Under the pieces are notes generated by a model, which had not been told where the DNA came from, made no database searches, and was given only the letters and a program-made list of their open reading frames with translations. From Aulosira sp. ZfuVER01 (GTDB taxonomy: Bacteria > Cyanobacteriota > Cyanobacteriia > Cyanobacteriales > Nostocaceae), in contig JAVRCV020000007.1 in NCBI GenBank assembly GCA_034530615.2, positions 1 through 64,000 on the forward strand: a stretch of DNA of 64,000 bases, given 5' to 3'. The stretch's first letter is position 1. Every line of letters starts with the position of its first letter. This document shows, piece after piece, positions 60,847 through 64,000 of the stretch. Made by a program: the position numbers and the translations under genes.

Positions 60847-62400
60847 ATGACAATAAGTACTGAAACTTCTTTTCCTGATACACCAACTGCCACCCCTGTA
60901 TTAGAAATGCAGGGTATTACAAAACGATTTCATGGTGTACCGGCGCTGCAAAATGTCAATCTCACGATTTATCCGGGAGAAGTTCACGCTCTCATGGGCG
61001 AGAATGGAGCAGGTAAAAGTACATTGATGAAAATCCTGGCTGGGGCTTACATTGCCGATGAAGGTGAGATTCGCATCAATGGTCAACCCATAAAAATTAC
61101 TGACCCAGCAACAGCACGACAAGCCGGAATTAATCTCATCTATCAAGAACTGAATGTTGCACCTAATTTAACCGTTACCGAAAATATGTTTATGGGTAGC
61201 GAGTTAAGGCGGGGTCAGTTTTTAGACCGCCAAGGCATGGAACAGGAAGCAAGGCAAGTGCTGCAAAGTCTCGGTGCTAGTTTTGCTACAACTGATATAG
61301 TTGGTACTCTCTCAATTGCCGAACAGCAGCAGGTAGAAATTGCCCGCGCCTTGAAGGATAAAAGCCGCATCCTCGTGATGGATGAGCCAACAGCTGCACT
61401 ATCTGACCGCGAGACTGAGCGTTTGTTTGAGGTAATTCGCAAACTCCGGGATGACGGCATTGCCATTATCTACATCAGCCATCGCATGGAAGAAGTGTAT
61501 GCCTTAGCGAACCGGATTAGCGTACTGCGCGATGGTCAATACGTTGGGAGTCTGACAAGGGATGAAATTTCTGCCCAGCGATTGGTGCAGATGATGGTCG
61601 GTCGTCCCATGCAGGATTTTTACGAACATCAGCGGCGAACAGATTTTGGGCCAGTGGTGCTGGAAGTGAGAAATCTCAGCGATGGCCGCAAGATTGAACC
61701 AGCTAGTTTTGAAATTCATGCAGGCGAAATTCTCGGTCTAGCCGGGTTAGTTGGTGCAGGACGTACTGAACTATCCCGGCTGATTTTTGGTGCTGACCGC
61801 AAAGTCAGTGGTGAAGTAATTCTGGATGGTAAAAGACTAGATATTAATAATCCCAGTGATGCCATTGCTGCCGGCATTGGCTATGTTCCAGAAGACCGCA
61901 AAGACCAAGGTTTGTTTCTGGAGATGAGTTCCCGAAAGAATATTGCCCTCAACAGGCTCAAACAGGATGCAAAGGCTGGGGTTGTGAACTGGGGTTCAGT
62001 AAATAAAATTGCCACAGACGCGGTGGAAAACTTTCATATCCGGCTTGCCAACCTGGAAATTAGAGCCGTGGATCTTTCCGGTGGTAATCAGCAAAAGCTG
62101 CTGCTGGCGCGCTGGCTAGCGATTAAGCCGAAAGTATTGATGCTGGATGAGCCAACACGCGGTGTAGATATCGGTGCCAAAAGCGAAATTTACCGAATTA
62201 TGAGTGAATTGGCAGCACAAGGCATTGCGATTTTGATGGTTTCCAGCGAACTACCAGAGATTGTCGGTATGAGCGATCGCGTTTTGGTGATGCGAGAAGG
62301 GCAGCTAGTAGGCGAACTTGACGGCAGCCTCGGCAAAGAAATTACCCAAGAAAACATTATGCACTATGCCACTGGAGCAGGGGAGGTACTAGGATCATGA
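60847..62400 (+). CDS. Sugar ABC transporter ATP-binding protein (two NBDs, RbsA/FrtB-like)
   Basis: [24 protein letters not shown] 60847 (upstream extension to 60769 is repeat-derived). Confidence 0.95.
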   Translation: MTISTETSFPDTPTATPVLEMQGITKRFHGVPALQNVNLTIYPGEVHALMGENGAGKSTLMKILAGAYIADEGEIRINGQPIKITDPATARQAGINLIYQELNVAPNLTVTENMFMGSELRRGQFLDRQGMEQEARQVLQSLGASFATTDIVGTLSIAEQQQVEIARALKDKSRILVMDEPTAALSDRETERLFEVIRKLRDDGIAIIYISHRMEEVYALANRISVLRDGQYVGSLTRDEISAQRLVQMMVGRPMQDFYEHQRRTDFGPVVLEVRNLSDGRKIEPASFEIHAGEILGLAGLVGAGRTELSRLIFGADRKVSGEVILDGKRLDINNPSDAIAAGIGYVPEDRKDQGLFLEMSSRKNIALNRLKQDAKAGVVNWGSVNKIATDAVENFHIRLANLEIRAVDLSGGNQQKLLLARWLAIKPKVLMLDEPTRGVDIGAKSEIYRIMSELAAQGIAILMVSSELPEIVGMSDRVLVMREGQLVGELDGSLGKEITQENIMHYATGAGEVLGS

Positions 62401-63392
62401 GCCAAACTGTCAGACCCACCAAAGATAGACATGGCGCACAACCCGTATCGCGTCAGCGTCAATCAATTAACAATCTCATCCAAGTAGCGGGTATTTTACC
62501 GATTCTGCTACTTATCTGCATCTTATTTGCGTTTTTGACACCTAGTTTCCTCACACCTGGGAATGCCGTCAATATATTACGACAGGCATCTATCAATATT
62601 GTGCTGGCAACAGGAATGACCTTTGTCATCCTGACTGGTGGTATTGACCTTTCAGTTGGATCAATATTGGCTGTTTCTGCGGTAGTAGCACTGCTAGTAT
62701 CCTTGGTTCCAGGTTTGGGTTGGGCGGCGGTCATTGCTGGGTTGCTCACAGGATTAGTTTTGGGCTTACTGAACGGTGCTTTAATCACCTTTTTAGATGT
62801 GCCACCCTTCATTGTGACCCTAGGTTCACTTACCGCCTTGCGGGGTGTTGCCTATTTGGTCGCCAAGGGCACAACAGTTATTAACCGTGACATCAATTTT
62901 GCTTGGGTAGGTAATAGCTATTTGGGCCCCTTTCCTTGGCTGGTAGTCATTGCCCTACTAGCTGTTCTAGCTAGTTGGTTTATCCTCCGACAGACTGTGT
63001 TAGGAGTGCAGATATATGCCGTAGGTGGTAACGAACGGGCAGCACGATTAACGGGTATCAAAGTTAATCGCGTTTTACTATTTGTCTATGGTGTGAGTGG
63101 ATTACTAGCAGGTTTGGCAGGAATCATGAGTGCTAGCCGTTTATATAGTGCTAGTGGTTTGTTGGGTCAAGGTTATGAATTGGATGCGATCGCCGCTGTA
63201 ATTTTAGGTGGTACTAGCTTTACAGGCGGTATTGGTACTATTGGTGGCACCCTGCTAGGTGCATTGATTATTGCGATTCTCAACAATGGTTTGACTTTGT
63301 TGAACCTATCTTACTTCTGGCAACTAGTCGTCAAAGGTCTAGTAATTATTTTAGCGGTCATGATCGATCGCCTCCGCAGACGTACCAGATGA
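62397..63392 (+). CDS. Sugar ABC transporter permease (RbsC/FrtC-like)
   Basis: [51 protein letters not shown]. Confidence 0.95.
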   Translation: MSQTVRPTKDRHGAQPVSRQRQSINNLIQVAGILPILLLICILFAFLTPSFLTPGNAVNILRQASINIVLATGMTFVILTGGIDLSVGSILAVSAVVALLVSLVPGLGWAAVIAGLLTGLVLGLLNGALITFLDVPPFIVTLGSLTALRGVAYLVAKGTTVINRDINFAWVGNSYLGPFPWLVVIALLAVLASWFILRQTVLGVQIYAVGGNERAARLTGIKVNRVLLFVYGVSGLLAGLAGIMSASRLYSASGLLGQGYELDAIAAVILGGTSFTGGIGTIGGTLLGALIIAILNNGLTLLNLSYFWQLVVKGLVIILAVMIDRLRRRTR

Positions 63393-63850
63393 TTGAGAAT
63401 CAAAAGATTTAATGCGATATGCAGCTTAATCTTCTGTTACAAGTCCAGCAAATTTTCACGGTACTCTAATCTGAAGATTAAGCTCCTAACAAGCAGTATG
63501 AGCTAGTGGCTGACTATTAAAACACTCTATTAAGCTATCGAATCAAAGTTTCAATTAACGCCTCACTCGTTGCCAAAACTGTACTAATTTAAGCAATACA
63601 ACGATCCGACTAGAGCGCATCCCCCTCAAAATATTTTTTTCTTTTCCCTTTATAAATCCAGGGGTTTGAGATTATCTCTCTGTAATGCTGACCTCTCTGC
63701 CATGTGTAGCTGCTTCCCCATAGGGGATGGTAACAGCTAGCCTACACAACGCTCGCCGTAGGATGCCCGACGAAGGGCTGTAGGGCAAACATCCTATGGG
63801 TGAAGGTTAAACCAAAGAAGCAGGTTTTTAAAGTTATCTCGTTTAATACC

Positions 63851-64000
63851 ATGCTAAAAAATTTTTTGTACAGTTTTCCCCTTTTATTTTTGCTATGCCC
63901 AGCAGCCTGGGCATTACCCGCAAACGATAATTTAAAAATTGCTGATGCCGCAGATAATAACACCAACTTGCAGGGACAGGTAAACTCTGTTTCTCAACTT
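63851..64000 (+). CDS. 5' end of an SLH-domain/OprB-type carbohydrate porin (truncated by window)
   Basis: MLKNFLYSFPLLFLLCPAAWALPAND...QGQVNSVSQL: signal peptide plus the QVxSVSQL motif that precedes the SLH domain of cyanobacterial porins; absent from the ORF track. Confidence 0.7.
   Translation, partial: MLKNFLYSFPLLFLLCPAAWALPANDNLKIADAADNNTNLQGQVNSVSQL

Noticed and set aside
63742..63966. 74-aa minus-strand ORF
   Set aside because: Antisense shadow of the porin 5' end starting at 63851
1..64000. High density of GCGATCGC
   Set aside because: Ordinary cyanobacterial HIP1; used only as a taxonomic clue

Overview
64 kb from a heterocyst-forming-type cyanobacterium (Nostoc-like, inferred from abundant HIP1 GCGATCGC octamers, STRR heptamer repeats and small palindromic repeats). 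Left to right: (1) a catabolic-looking enzyme island (GST, two MDR oxidoreductases, AspH-like oxygenase, cyclic amidohydrolase, two alpha/beta-fold paralogs, DUF849, Rid, HpcH aldolase), several with non-canonical active sites; (2) hisS, two L,D-transpeptidases, eda, esterases, a PhyH dioxygenase, cbpA/cbpM and an MltA-like protein; (3) an operon of a red chlorophyll catabolite reductase-like gene, an atypical nitrilase, an aldehyde dehydrogenase and a small beta-barrel-like protein; (4) GT4/deacetylase/beta-propeller polysaccharide genes; (5) DUF11-RTX, filamentous haemagglutinin and CHAT genes; (6) a decaying toxin-antitoxin hotspot with a PIN-domain gene; (7) a PKS/NRPS-free oxidative cluster (Mpo1-like, two Rieske oxygenases, GNAT-like, SulP, ferritin-like diiron protein, CylC/AurF-like dimetal-carboxylate enzyme), the best candidate for an uncharacterised biosynthetic system; (8) an inositol oxygenase (hrmE-like) with twin LacI-type operators, a sugar ABC transporter with two binding proteins, and the start of an SLH/OprB porin. 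Intergenic DNA holds nested MITEs and small structured mobile repeats. No rRNA, tRNA or CRISPR array was seen. All family calls come from reading motifs by eye, not from database searches.
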